Positions 29,014 to 38,396 of a stretch of DNA of 64,000 nt are shown here, piece by piece. The notes beneath the pieces are model-generated. The model had not been told where the DNA came from. It made no database searches and saw only the letters and a program-made list of their open reading frames with translations. This DNA comes from an uncultured Lentimicrobiaceae bacterium (GTDB lineage Bacteria; Bacteroidota; Bacteroidia; Bacteroidales; UBA4417). Location of the stretch: NCBI GenBank assembly GCA_964420555.1, contig CAYQTT010000005.1, forward strand, positions 232,326 through 296,325, read 5' to 3'. Positions within the stretch are counted from its first letter, which is position 1, and every line of letters begins with the position of its first letter. The translations under genes and the position numbers were made by a program.

Positions 29014-30135
29014 TTAATTTACCTGGATAAGTTCGCCATCGAGTAGGCTGTTGAAACCGGTTGTGATAATTTTATCGCCTGCAGCGATTCCGCTTGTAAT
29101 TTCAGCCAGTCCGTTGTAGGTGCTTCCAACAGTTACCGGCAGCCTGCGGGCAACCAGTGTTCCATTTTCTTCTTTTGCCACATAAATAAACTTTCCTGAT
29201 TGTGAATCGCGGATAAGGGTAATTGGCACTGCGAAAGCGGACGGATTCCGGTAGTCATTAATTTTAACCACAGCCATCATATTTGCGCGATACTCAACTT
29301 TGCTTGGGCCAAGGCGGACTTCGCTCTGGAATGTGCGGTTTACCGGATTGATATATTTACTGGTAAAACGGATTTGTGAAGGGATTTCGATATTGAAATC
29401 GGGGAAATAAACTATTACTTTATCGCCTACACTTACTTTAGGAGCATAAGCTTCGGCTATTTCGGCTAATACTTTTACATTCGAAAAGTTTACCACACGA
29501 ACAGCAGGTTGACCTGGAGAAGCCATTTGACCTACTTTCAGGTTTACTTCTTCAACGCTTCCGTTTATAGGCGATTTTATGCGAGTTTGTTCGAGCTGAT
29601 CATTCTGTGTAGCAAGGCTTTTTTCGAGGGTTTCCTTGTCATTTTTAGCTTTGAGATATTGTGCCTCACTCCCGATTTGCTGATCCCATAAAGCTTTTTG
29701 TTTATTATACATGTTTGTAACAAAATCAAGCTGTTGTTTTGTGCTTGAAATTTGCTGTTGCAGAACAGTATTATCAATTGTAGCTAACACCTGGCCTTTG
29801 CGGACCGGATCACCTTCTTTAACATATACAGCAGTTATTGAGCCAGGTACCTGTGCTGAAACTGCAATATTATCTTCGCCATCCACTTTTCCCTGTACTT
29901 CGAGGTAATGGTTGAATTCTGCCGGTTTTGCTTCGGTTATTGCAACCGCTGTTACTTTGCTAACTTTAATAGTATCGCTTAGCTGTAATTCGGTTTCTAG
30001 CGCTTTAATTTTAACTGCTAACTCATCGTGCTGCTTTTTGAGTTTTTCAAGTTCTGCTTTTTTATCAGCGGGTTTGCAGGCTACTGCCATTGCTAACAGT
30101 AAGATGAAAATAATAGATTTATTCATGGCTTTCAT
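29014..30135 (-). CDS. RND efflux periplasmic adaptor (MFP)
   Basis: 373 aa with a lipoprotein signal (LLAMAVAC), a coiled-coil hairpin, and lipoyl and beta-barrel segments. Confidence 0.85.
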   Translation of the reverse strand: MKAMNKSIIFILLLAMAVACKPADKKAELEKLKKQHDELAVKIKALETELQLSDTIKVSKVTAVAITEAKPAEFNHYLEVQGKVDGEDNIAVSAQVPGSITAVYVKEGDPVRKGQVLATIDNTVLQQQISSTKQQLDFVTNMYNKQKALWDQQIGSEAQYLKAKNDKETLEKSLATQNDQLEQTRIKSPINGSVEEVNLKVGQMASPGQPAVRVVNFSNVKVLAEIAEAYAPKVSVGDKVIVYFPDFNIEIPSQIRFTSKYINPVNRTFQSEVRLGPSKVEYRANMMAVVKINDYRNPSAFAVPITLIRDSQSGKFIYVAKEENGTLVARRLPVTVGSTYNGLAEITSGIAAGDKIITTGFNSLLDGELIQVN

Positions 30136-30157
30136 TGTATATAGTTTTATATTCTGG

Positions 30158-31555
30158 TTACAGGTTGTTGTTTAATTTGTCGAGAGTGTTTTTTGCTGTA
30201 AACAATCCGAAGATTGAAACATATAAATTACGTTGAGCGTTAAGGTACTGGTTGAGATCATCAGTGATTTGCCTGCTGGTTGCAATTCCTTCATCGAATT
30301 TCACCAGAGTTTTGTCGTAAATCCGTTTCGTAAGTTCAATATTTTTTTGATCATTCAGATAATTCTCATAGGCTTGCGTAAGTTTATTCTGTGCATTCAC
30401 ATAACTTAATTGTAAGGCGTTTGACAAATTATCCTTGGAGTTAACCATTTTCTGAAGTTCCATTTTACTTTGCTGAACTCGTGCATTACGCATTCCACTC
30501 GAGAAAATCGGGATATTCATCGAAATCTGAAACACATCCTTTGGAGCGAAATCAAATTCAGGAGTATTCACTTTTGCTGAATGGCGATAAACAGCCATCA
30601 GATCAGGCAAATACTTGCTTTTCTCCCGTTTAAGATTCAGATTGCTAATCGATTCTGCATTTAATGCAATCTGATAATCAAGGTTATTGTTTATATTGAA
30701 TTGCGTAGCAAGCAGTGATTCGAGTTGGATGCTCTCGGCAATACTTTCCAATTTATCAGTTAGAATTAAATTATCAGTAAAGGGCATGCCAAGTGTGAAT
30801 TTGAGAAGAATCAGGGTATATTCGAGTTCGCGGTTCAGATTACCAACACCATTCTTCAATGTAAGGGTTACAAACTCTAACTGATCAACATCAGTATTCT
30901 CAACCAGACCTTGCTCAAGCATTTGTTTCATATCCGAAAGAGTTTTTTCTGAGTTCTCAAGCGATTTTTGCATTACATCCCTGTTATTCTCTACAAGTAA
31001 AGCATTTGCATAAATGTTGGCAACACTTTCTCTCACGTCAATTTCCACTTTCTGCCGGTTTTGATCGGTCATGGTGTAGAAAATCTTGGTAGCCTGCAAA
31101 GCAACAATGTATTCGCCGCTGAATACCAACTGCGAAACGGTGATATCAAGAGTAGTGTTGTTTTTAACTCCTAATGCAATAGGCGCTCCCGGAGTGAAAC
31201 CCATATATACATTCTGATTGTTGATATCATCAGAAGTAATGGGTGTGCCGTCAGGCAGGTTTGTGGCGAGGTAAGTGCTGCCTCCGAGACTTAATTCCGG
31301 AACTTTGAACAAATGCTGATAATTAGCCTGTGCATTGACCTGGGGCAAGCCCATTGCAGTAGTTTCCCAGATTTTCTTTTTGGCTATTTCCATGTCAAGA
31401 GCTGAATTCCGGGAATTGGCATTGTTTTTAACAGCATATTCCTGTGCCTGTTTGAGGCTCAGGGAGATGGTTTCGGCTTGTTTTTCCTGTGCCGTGGTTT
31501 GAATGGCAAAAAACAGGCAAGCGGTAAATAGTGTAGTTACGATTGGTAATTTCAT
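30158..31555 (-). CDS. TolC-family outer-membrane efflux protein
   Basis: 465 aa with a signal peptide and an internally duplicated OEP-repeat structure. Confidence 0.85.
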   Translation of the reverse strand: MKLPIVTTLFTACLFFAIQTTAQEKQAETISLSLKQAQEYAVKNNANSRNSALDMEIAKKKIWETTAMGLPQVNAQANYQHLFKVPELSLGGSTYLATNLPDGTPITSDDINNQNVYMGFTPGAPIALGVKNNTTLDITVSQLVFSGEYIVALQATKIFYTMTDQNRQKVEIDVRESVANIYANALLVENNRDVMQKSLENSEKTLSDMKQMLEQGLVENTDVDQLEFVTLTLKNGVGNLNRELEYTLILLKFTLGMPFTDNLILTDKLESIAESIQLESLLATQFNINNNLDYQIALNAESISNLNLKREKSKYLPDLMAVYRHSAKVNTPEFDFAPKDVFQISMNIPIFSSGMRNARVQQSKMELQKMVNSKDNLSNALQLSYVNAQNKLTQAYENYLNDQKNIELTKRIYDKTLVKFDEGIATSRQITDDLNQYLNAQRNLYVSIFGLFTAKNTLDKLNNNL

Positions 31556-31558
31556 AAA

Positions 31559-32182
31559 TCAGTTATTGATATTAGTCTGTTTAATTTGTTGTTCATAGTA
31601 GGCGAGACCTTCTGCATTTGCAATTCCGCGTATGTGACTATCGAACATAACCTGGAATATTTTTTCGAACCCAAAGGATACTGATGCTAAAAACTCAGGA
31701 TCATGCACATCTACTAATTTCTGGATATACAGCCTGGCAACCAGTTCAATATCCAGATCGTTACGGTAGATACCTTCGGCAATTCCCTGGGCAAAATTTT
31801 GTTTTACCTGTTCGAAAACATGATCGCGTTTCATGATCACAAACTCCCGGTAAATGGTGGGGTAATATTTCTGAAGTTCAAAAATATTAACCGGATTCAT
31901 GTCCTTCATTTGCTTGCTTACATTCCGGCTTACGGCCAACAGAATATCGATAGCATTCATATCCTTTATATCCGTGTCGAAACAAAGTGTGCTTTCTTTG
32001 GAATGCATATGCCGCAAAGTCATTTCTACCAGTTCGGTTTTATTGGCAACAAACTGGTAAATCGTTTTTTTCGAGATTCCAATTTCCCGCGCAATATCAT
32101 CCATAGATATGCTGCGTATGCCGTAAATCTTGAACAAACGAAAGGTTTCGGTTAGTAAGCGGTTTAGTTTTTCATCCATCAT
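31559..32182 (-). CDS. TetR/AcrR-family transcriptional regulator
   Basis: N-terminal HTH is ISMDDIAREIGISKKTIYQFVANK. Start re-called to MMDEKL because a TACTTTTG box lies at 32199-32206, inside the longer ORF-track version. Confidence 0.8.
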   Translation of the reverse strand: MMDEKLNRLLTETFRLFKIYGIRSISMDDIAREIGISKKTIYQFVANKTELVEMTLRHMHSKESTLCFDTDIKDMNAIDILLAVSRNVSKQMKDMNPVNIFELQKYYPTIYREFVIMKRDHVFEQVKQNFAQGIAEGIYRNDLDIELVARLYIQKLVDVHDPEFLASVSFGFEKIFQVMFDSHIRGIANAEGLAYYEQQIKQTNINN

Positions 32183-32198
32183 TTTGTTTTTGAGGCTG

Positions 32199-32206
32199 CA
32201 AAAGTA
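32199..32206 (-). promoter_or_regulatory. -7 box TACTTTTG of the tetR-efflux operon
   Basis: Exact motif match 16 nt upstream of the ATG at 32182. Confidence 0.5.
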
Positions 32207-32260
32207 CATTTTTTTGAAACACGGAAACGAAACGAATGAAAAATGTTTCCGCATCGCAAA

Positions 32261-32272
32261 CGTTTATAAACG
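32261..32272. promoter_or_regulatory. Perfect 12-bp palindrome CGTTTATAAACG (candidate TetR operator)
   Basis: Read directly from the sequence, 55-65 nt upstream of the -7 box. A second inverted repeat, CGGAAAC-N16-GTTTCCG, lies at 32222-32251. Confidence 0.35.
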
Positions 32273-32362
32273 AACATGCTCCTGAATTGTTCAGCAAAAG
32301 TCACAACAAAATGTATTTTCAGCAATCAAAAAGCGGTGAATGCCGGTTTTTGGACGGTGAAA

Positions 32363-32527
32363 GGGTGGGTTGGGGGGATTGGGTGGGAGGGGAGGATGGG
32401 GTTGGACAAGGGGACAAGGGGACAAGGGGAAGGTGATTGATGAGATTGATGGGATTGATGGGATTGACAAGGAGACAAGGCGAGAGGCGACAAGGGGAAT
32501 GGCGTCAAGGAGAATGACGGCAAGGAT
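32363..32527. repeat. G-rich short-period tandem-repeat tract (GGACAAGG, GATTGATGG, GACAAGGCGAG words) with a G-quadruplex-type run
   Basis: Seven runs of at least three G separated by 1-5 nt lie between 32363 and 32401. GGACAAGG x3, GATTGATG(G) x3 and GACAAGG variants follow. Confidence 0.8.
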
Positions 32528-32545
32528 GTTGCTATGAGTTAAACG

Positions 32546-32668
32546 AAATCCTCAAATCCCCCCATTGTCAAATTGTCAAATTGTCACATTTTCAAATTCC
32601 AAAATCCCCCATTGTCAAATTGTCAAATTGTCAAATTGTCACATTGCCAAATCCTCAAATCCCCAATT
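32546..32668. repeat. Period-8 tandem array ATTGTCAA with a higher-order duplication of about 50 nt
   Basis: CCCCCATTGTCAAATTGTCAAATTGTCACATT... occurs twice, decaying to ATTGCCAA / ATCCTCAA / ATCCCCAA. The array overlaps the last codons and the stop of lnt. Confidence 0.85.
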
Positions 32669-34268
32669 TCTTCTTCCTCAAAGCTGTTGAAATAGTTAAT
32701 AATAGAAATAGTCCGGCTACAAGAATAAAAATGCGACCAATGTAATCGCCGTATTTTACATAAAAGGTTACTTTGTCGTTGGCATTTATTTTTTGGCGGA
32801 TAACGGCCGGAACCCAATAAGCTGTGCGTTGAGAGATATCGCCGCGCTGATTGATAAAACACGAAATACCGGTATTAGCCGATCGCGCAATACTTCGGCG
32901 GGTTTCAATTGCCCTGATAACTGAAAAAAGCATATGTTGCCGGTGGCCGGCTGTATTGCCCCACCATCCGTCGTTGGTAATCACAAAAATTACATTGGCC
33001 CCATTTTGAATAAAGCGGTTTAAAAATTCGCCATACACCGATTCATAACAAATTACAGGGGCAATTTTTAAATTATTATTCGTAACAAACGGCGTTTGAT
33101 CCGGATTTTTCCCAAGACTGCCAACCGTTCCGCCCAGGTCGATGGCAAAATTTTCGATAAACGGGAGATAATGTATAAATGGCATCATTTCAACACCAGG
33201 CGTTAGTTTCGATTTGTGATAAACATGAAGAATGCTGTCGTGTGCAACAAAAAGTGCCGTGTTGTACGAATCGTAATACTTTTCAGCATCCTTGAATTTT
33301 CTTGCGGTTGCACTCAGTTCCTCGCCAGGCTGAAATACTTTTCGTGTCGAAATGCCGGTAATCACATTCATCCGGTCAAAACTTTTATTGAACTGCCTTA
33401 TCCGTGCAATGCTCAGTGAGCGCTCAAGCTGATCTTCGTAGGTGCGTTCCTGAATAGCGCTTTCCGGAAATACCGCGAAATCAGTAAGGCTATCCGATTT
33501 TTCAGCAGCCAGCTCTAGCATACGTTCAGTGACTACCATAGGTTCAAGGTCGAATTGCTCGCTGTACGGATCAAGGTTTGGCTGCACCACCACCACATCC
33601 ACAGGATTTACTTTTTCGGTATAACGGTTATACATTATCACTGAAATACCTATTGGCACAACAATAGTTATCAGTGTGATACCCATGAGCATTGCTGTTT
33701 TCCTGCTTTTGATTTTAAGAATGATACGTTCGCGGACAATGAAAAACAGCATGATATTAACCAGCATCACCCATAACGATCCGCCGAAAATACCGGTGAA
33801 TTCGTACCATTGTATCCATTTGGGGTAAGCTGCAAAACCGTTTCCAAGATTAAGCCAGGGAAAATTCAGGTCCCAGCGCAGATGTATATATTCGGCGGTA
33901 AGCATATAACCGATAAGAGCAGTATACGCAGCTGTTGCTCCCGAAAGTCGGCGGTGAGTAACATGAAACAGGTATAAAGCCCCGCCTACCAATGTTGTAT
34001 TAACCAATATTGTGGCTACAATTCCAATAGGAGTGGAGTTGTACACCCACCAGGTTGTAAGCAGCACCCATACCGAAACCGTTAATGCTGCATAAGGCAA
34101 AAATCCTGATGAGTGATTGTTGGCGCGGTTTTTCCATTGTTCGTATTCGACCACAAACAGCGGAACGAAAGCAAAAAACAACAAAACCGGGAAACCTCGT
34201 TCGGGCCATGCGGCACTTAGTAAAAGCCCTGATAATATCGAAAGGAGTATTTTATAGATGCGGTTCAT
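32655..34268 (-). CDS. lnt: Apolipoprotein N-acyltransferase
   Basis: N-terminal polytopic domain plus a CN-hydrolase domain with the E/K/C triad contexts VFPESA, KSKLTPG and VICYES. Start re-called to MNRIYK because a TATCTTTG box lies at 34287-34294. Confidence 0.85.
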   Translation of the reverse strand: MNRIYKILLSILSGLLLSAAWPERGFPVLLFFAFVPLFVVEYEQWKNRANNHSSGFLPYAALTVSVWVLLTTWWVYNSTPIGIVATILVNTTLVGGALYLFHVTHRRLSGATAAYTALIGYMLTAEYIHLRWDLNFPWLNLGNGFAAYPKWIQWYEFTGIFGGSLWVMLVNIMLFFIVRERIILKIKSRKTAMLMGITLITIVVPIGISVIMYNRYTEKVNPVDVVVVQPNLDPYSEQFDLEPMVVTERMLELAAEKSDSLTDFAVFPESAIQERTYEDQLERSLSIARIRQFNKSFDRMNVITGISTRKVFQPGEELSATARKFKDAEKYYDSYNTALFVAHDSILHVYHKSKLTPGVEMMPFIHYLPFIENFAIDLGGTVGSLGKNPDQTPFVTNNNLKIAPVICYESVYGEFLNRFIQNGANVIFVITNDGWWGNTAGHRQHMLFSVIRAIETRRSIARSANTGISCFINQRGDISQRTAYWVPAVIRQKINANDKVTFYVKYGDYIGRIFILVAGLFLLLTISTALRKKKLGI

Positions 34269-34286
34269 GATGGCGGGATAGAAGGG

Positions 34287-34294
34287 CAAAGATA
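34287..34294 (-). promoter_or_regulatory. -7 box TATCTTTG
   Basis: Exact motif match 18 nt upstream of the ATG at 34268. Confidence 0.5.
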
Positions 34295-34431
34295 ATAAAT
34301 AGGATGTTTGGTTTACAGACAGGTTATCTGCAGGAACCACTGATAAAGTATTCTTCCTATTGAGCAGGAAATAAAAAGTGGCTACCGTTCGGGTAACCAC
34401 TTTTAAAAAAATGTTAGGAGTGAGTGCTATG

Positions 34432-36159
34432 CTACGACAACCCTATCGTCTCCCCATCAGCGCTCGACCATTCGTAATTGTATAAGCCATCGAGCAAGCG
34501 TTTCTGTTTTTCTTCGGGCGAAAGGACGTTATATTTTTGTTTTTCCTCTTGCAGCTTTCTTTGCTTTTCCTCCTCTACGCGGTGAATTTCTTCGAGGTAG
34601 GTATCTTCCATACGTTTTTTGAGGTACTCGGTAGCAACGGTGGGGAAAAGTTCGAGCAGGAGTTCTTCCTTTTCGTTCAGTGCAAGCTTAACTTCGCCGT
34701 ATTCCTCAAAAACGGGGTTTTCCTGTTTCTTATAAAAGCGGGTATCATAAGGAGTTTCTGTTTTAACCCCTGCCAGTTTGTACCTGAAATCGGGATCGAC
34801 AGGTACTGGTGTTTTACCGTAAACTCCTTTCACGAGGTTAACAAATTGTATTGATTTGGTGGTGTAAAGCGGCACTCCATTCGATTCATCCAGCGCACAA
34901 TTCACAGCCTGAACGCCTACAATCTGGCTGGTAGGGGTTACCAGTGGTGGGCAGCCGGAAGCAAGCCTTACTAGAGGAATCAATTCGAGCGCACGTGGGA
35001 GGAGTTTTTCGAGTTTGAGTGCTTTAAGCTGTGCCAGCATATTGGAGTACATTCCGCCTGGGATTTCGGCTTCGCATATTTTGCTGTCGGCCTCCGGAAA
35101 TCCAAACCAGCTTTCGATACGGTGGCACACTTCGAGTAAATCGTCTTCTTTATCGGCTTTGGCAAATGCAATGGCCATTTCCATCATTTGGTCGATGTCG
35201 CGCGGGAGGGTATCGGTAAGGATATTGAATTCGCGCGGGAACTGGTAACTGTCAAATTCTTTCAGTTCGAGCCTGATAGCCCGCAGATGCTGATCGAGTT
35301 CAATTACAGCTTCTAAATCTACACCGGTGTCAATGCCAAGCCGGTTGCAGAACAATTGTATAATTTCGAATGCAGGTGCAGCTGTTCCGCCGGCGAAACT
35401 CATGAGCGATGTATCAACAATATCAGCACCATTTACAATAGCCATAAGAGTGGAAGCCAGACCATAACCAGGTGTGCAGTGCGTATGAAAATCGAGCGGA
35501 ACCGTTACATTTTGCTTTATCATGCGCACCAGCCTGCCTGCCCGAAGTGGGGTAATGAGCCCGGCCATGTCTTTAATAGTAATTATATCGGCACCCATTT
35601 CCTGAAGTTCGAGTGCTTTGGTAAGGAAATACTCTTTTGTAAATATTTTTGTAGGAAGCACTTTTGCATGAAGCAAGGCTTTCACTTTCTCGCGCGTCGA
35701 ATATTTCGGATCAACTGTGTAAACCAACGTACAATCTGCTATCCCGCCGTTTTCCTTAACAAACTTTACAGTTGACCTGATGTTATCGAGGTCGTTCAAA
35801 GCATCAAATATGCGCATAATGGCAATACCCGAATTGATGGCATTGCGGTTAAATCCGCTTATAACCTCATCAGGGTAAGGATTGTACCCGAACAAATTCC
35901 GACCACGCGATAAAGCAGTCAGGAGGGTTTTGTCGCCAATGGCAGCATGAATACTTTCGAGCCTTTCCCACGGATTTTCGTTCAGATAGCGCATTATTGA
36001 ATCAGGTACGGCTCCGCCCCAAACTTCCATGGCATAAAATCCCGCATTTTTAAATCCCGGCAAGGTCCGATCGATTTGTTTCTGAGTCATACGGGTAGCA
36101 AAAAGTGATTGTTGTCCGTCACGGAGGGTAACATCACGAATAAGAAGCTGCTTTTTCAT
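34432..36159 (-). CDS. 5S-type carboxyltransferase (OadA / PycB / transcarboxylase 5S-like) lacking a biotinyl domain
   Basis: 575 aa. HMGL-like TIM-barrel start is IRDVTLRDGQQS, followed by a conserved OADA-type domain. The C-terminus is a charged tail with no AMKM motif. Confidence 0.75.
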   Translation of the reverse strand: MKKQLLIRDVTLRDGQQSLFATRMTQKQIDRTLPGFKNAGFYAMEVWGGAVPDSIMRYLNENPWERLESIHAAIGDKTLLTALSRGRNLFGYNPYPDEVISGFNRNAINSGIAIMRIFDALNDLDNIRSTVKFVKENGGIADCTLVYTVDPKYSTREKVKALLHAKVLPTKIFTKEYFLTKALELQEMGADIITIKDMAGLITPLRAGRLVRMIKQNVTVPLDFHTHCTPGYGLASTLMAIVNGADIVDTSLMSFAGGTAAPAFEIIQLFCNRLGIDTGVDLEAVIELDQHLRAIRLELKEFDSYQFPREFNILTDTLPRDIDQMMEMAIAFAKADKEDDLLEVCHRIESWFGFPEADSKICEAEIPGGMYSNMLAQLKALKLEKLLPRALELIPLVRLASGCPPLVTPTSQIVGVQAVNCALDESNGVPLYTTKSIQFVNLVKGVYGKTPVPVDPDFRYKLAGVKTETPYDTRFYKKQENPVFEEYGEVKLALNEKEELLLELFPTVATEYLKKRMEDTYLEEIHRVEEEKQRKLQEEKQKYNVLSPEEKQKRLLDGLYNYEWSSADGETIGLS

Positions 36160-36255
36160 CGGTTGAGGTGGTTGAATGTATTGAATTTGTGGTTGATTGA
36201 GGATCTATTATACTGATAAACAACTATGTCGGCTTTCTTATTTTTTTAATCTTTA

Positions 36256-36283
36256 TTGTTAATCGAATAACAATGCAAAATTA
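36256..36283 (-). promoter_or_regulatory. Palindrome TTGTTA-atcgaa-TAACAA abutting a TAATTTTGCA -7 box
   Basis: The -7 box (reverse complement of 36276-36283) is identical to the mce box in its extended form. The palindrome at 36256-36273 starts 3 nt downstream of it. Confidence 0.4.
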
Positions 36284-36390
36284 TAAATTAACACATCGGA
36301 AAGAGCAAAATGTAAAAATAAATTATTGTAGGAGATGGTTTTCCTTCTTTATCCTTTTTGGTAGAATGTATTTTTAAAATTTTGTGACTT

Positions 36391-36440
36391 CGCCCCTCGC
36401 CTTGTCGCTCCTCGCCTTGTCGCCCCTGCCCCCAAATCCA
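36391..36440. repeat. C-rich short-period repeat tract (reverse complement of the GACAAGGCGAGGGGCG words)
   Basis: The tract cgcccctcgccttgtcgctcctcgccttgtcgcccctgccccc contains a 17-nt perfect reverse-complement match to the tract at about 38208-38224. Confidence 0.8.
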
Positions 36441-36490
36441 TTTATTTACTACTTTCGCTGTCAGATTTTAACCTTTTAAAACAAAATCCC

Positions 36491-38152
36491 ATGTTTAAAC
36501 GTATCTTTCCTTTAATCCTTTCGCTGGCATTGATTTCGGCTGTAACCAGCAGCTGCAAACAGAAATCAGGAAGCGACAATTCCGCTAACGATACAACCGC
36601 TATGAGCGAAATGCAAAAAAATGTGAACGATTATGCCAGTGTCAAGCTAACTACCGACCTGAGCAAGCTTACCGAAAAAGAAAAACAAATGATTCCAATT
36701 CTGATCGAAATTGCTCAGATTATGGATGAAATCTTCTGGGAACAAACCTGGGGCGATAAAAACGCGCTGCTCGATACTATCAGCGATCCGTTTGCCAAAA
36801 AGTTTGCGGAAATAAATTACGGTCCCTGGGACAGGCTTGGCGAAAACAAAGCATTTATTGCCGGTATTGGTGAAAAACCAAAAGGAGCCAATTTCTACCC
36901 GGTGGATATGACTAAGGAGGAATTTGAAAAATGGAATGATAAAAATAAATCGAGCCAATATACAATTGTAAGGAGAAACGAGGATAAATCGTTGAAAAGC
37001 ATATGGTACCACGAAGCGTATGCCGAAAAAACCAAAAAAGCATCGGACTTATTGCTAAAAGCTGCTGAACTTGCCGAAGATGCAGGTTTGAAAAAATACT
37101 TCACCTTACGCTCGAAAGCATTGCTTACCGACGATTATTTCGAAAGTGATATGGCATGGATGGATATGAAAACCAACACTATCGATTTTGTGGTTGGCCC
37201 GATTGAAAATTACGAAGATGAACTTTTCGGATACAGAGCTGCTCACGAAGGTGCAATATTGGTAAAAGATAAGGAATGGAGCAGCCGTTTGGAGAAATAT
37301 GCTGCTATGCTTCCTGAACTACAGAAAGAACTTCCATGTGATCCTATTTATAAAAAGGAAGTCCCGGGAACCAGTTCCGATCTTAATGCATACGATATTC
37401 TGTATTATGCCGGTCATACCAACAGCGGAGGTAAAACTATCGCTATTAACCTGCCGAATGACGAAAAAGTGCAGCTTGCTAAAGGAAGCCGCCGTTTGCA
37501 GTTAAAAAATGCCATGCAGGCAAAATTTGATAAAATCCTTGTGCCTATTTCAAAAGTTTTGATTGATCCGGCCCAGCAGGGGAATGTGAAATTTGATGCT
37601 TTCTTTGGCAATGTAATGTTCCACGAAGTGGCTCATGGACTGGGGATTAAAAACACCATTACCGGTAAAGGAAATTTGCGCCAGGCTTTAAAAGAACAAT
37701 ATTCCGGTTGGGAAGAAGCCAAAGCCGATGTAGTGGGATTGTGGATGGTTACCTGGCTGATTGAAAAAGGCGAGCTTACTGGGATAACCGTTGAAGATGC
37801 TTACGTAACATACATGGCCGGACTTATCCGCTCGGTACGTTTTGGCGCTGCCGAAGCACATGGTAAAGCTAATATGATGTGTTTCAACTTCTTTGAAGAA
37901 AAAAATGCTTTTTCGCGCAATGCCGACGGAACGTTTAAGGTTGATTTTGCAAAAACCCGCGAGGCTGTTAACGAATGGAGTGCTTTTATTCTTAGCGTTG
38001 AAGGCGAAGGCGATTACGATAAAGCCGTTACCTATATGAAGGAAAACGGAAAAATCCGTCCTGAACTTCAAGCAGGGCTCGATAAACTAAAAGAAGCCAA
38101 TATCCCGAAAGATGTGGTTTTTGAACAGGGAGTGGAGGCTTTAGGGTTATAG
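36491..38152 (+). CDS. M49 (dipeptidyl-peptidase III)-like zinc metallopeptidase lipoprotein
   Basis: Lipoprotein signal (AVTSSC). Zinc motifs are FHEVAHGLG and WEEAKADVVG. Confidence 0.6.
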   Translation: MFKRIFPLILSLALISAVTSSCKQKSGSDNSANDTTAMSEMQKNVNDYASVKLTTDLSKLTEKEKQMIPILIEIAQIMDEIFWEQTWGDKNALLDTISDPFAKKFAEINYGPWDRLGENKAFIAGIGEKPKGANFYPVDMTKEEFEKWNDKNKSSQYTIVRRNEDKSLKSIWYHEAYAEKTKKASDLLLKAAELAEDAGLKKYFTLRSKALLTDDYFESDMAWMDMKTNTIDFVVGPIENYEDELFGYRAAHEGAILVKDKEWSSRLEKYAAMLPELQKELPCDPIYKKEVPGTSSDLNAYDILYYAGHTNSGGKTIAINLPNDEKVQLAKGSRRLQLKNAMQAKFDKILVPISKVLIDPAQQGNVKFDAFFGNVMFHEVAHGLGIKNTITGKGNLRQALKEQYSGWEEAKADVVGLWMVTWLIEKGELTGITVEDAYVTYMAGLIRSVRFGAAEAHGKANMMCFNFFEEKNAFSRNADGTFKVDFAKTREAVNEWSAFILSVEGEGDYDKAVTYMKENGKIRPELQAGLDKLKEANIPKDVVFEQGVEALGL

Positions 38153-38250
38153 TGGGATGTGAGGACAAGGAGAGGGGAGAAAGGGCGACATGGCGAGGGG
38201 CGAAGGGAGACAAGGCGAGGGGCGACATTGGGAGATGAAAAGAGAATGAG
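38153..38250. repeat. G-rich short-period repeat tract (GACAAGG, GGCGAGGGGCGA words)
   Basis: Starts on the first base after the M49 stop codon and precedes the hairpin terminator. Confidence 0.8.
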
Positions 38251-38270
38251 ATAGCAAAATGATTTTTAAA

Positions 38271-38310
38271 AACCCGTCAGGATTATTGTTCTGACGGGTT
38301 TTTGCTTTTG
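38271..38310 (+). terminator. Rho-independent terminator
   Basis: AACCCGTCAG / CTGACGGGTT stem of 10 bp with a 10-nt loop, then TTTTTGCTTTTG. Confidence 0.75.
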
Positions 38311-38396
38311 TTGATTACAATTTTATGAACTCCTATAATCTGGGAATTCCGAATTTTATTAAAAAAAATTATTGGAATAATAAATGTTTTAGATTC

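Noticed and set aside
32236-32523. ORFs 32236-32436(+) and 32326-32523(-), and 38028-38228(-), with Gly/Trp-rich or Pro/Ser/His/Gln-rich products.
   Set aside because: They translate the short-period repeat tracts. Their periodic low-complexity sequence, lack of a promoter box and lack of coding-like composition make them artefacts of the repeats.
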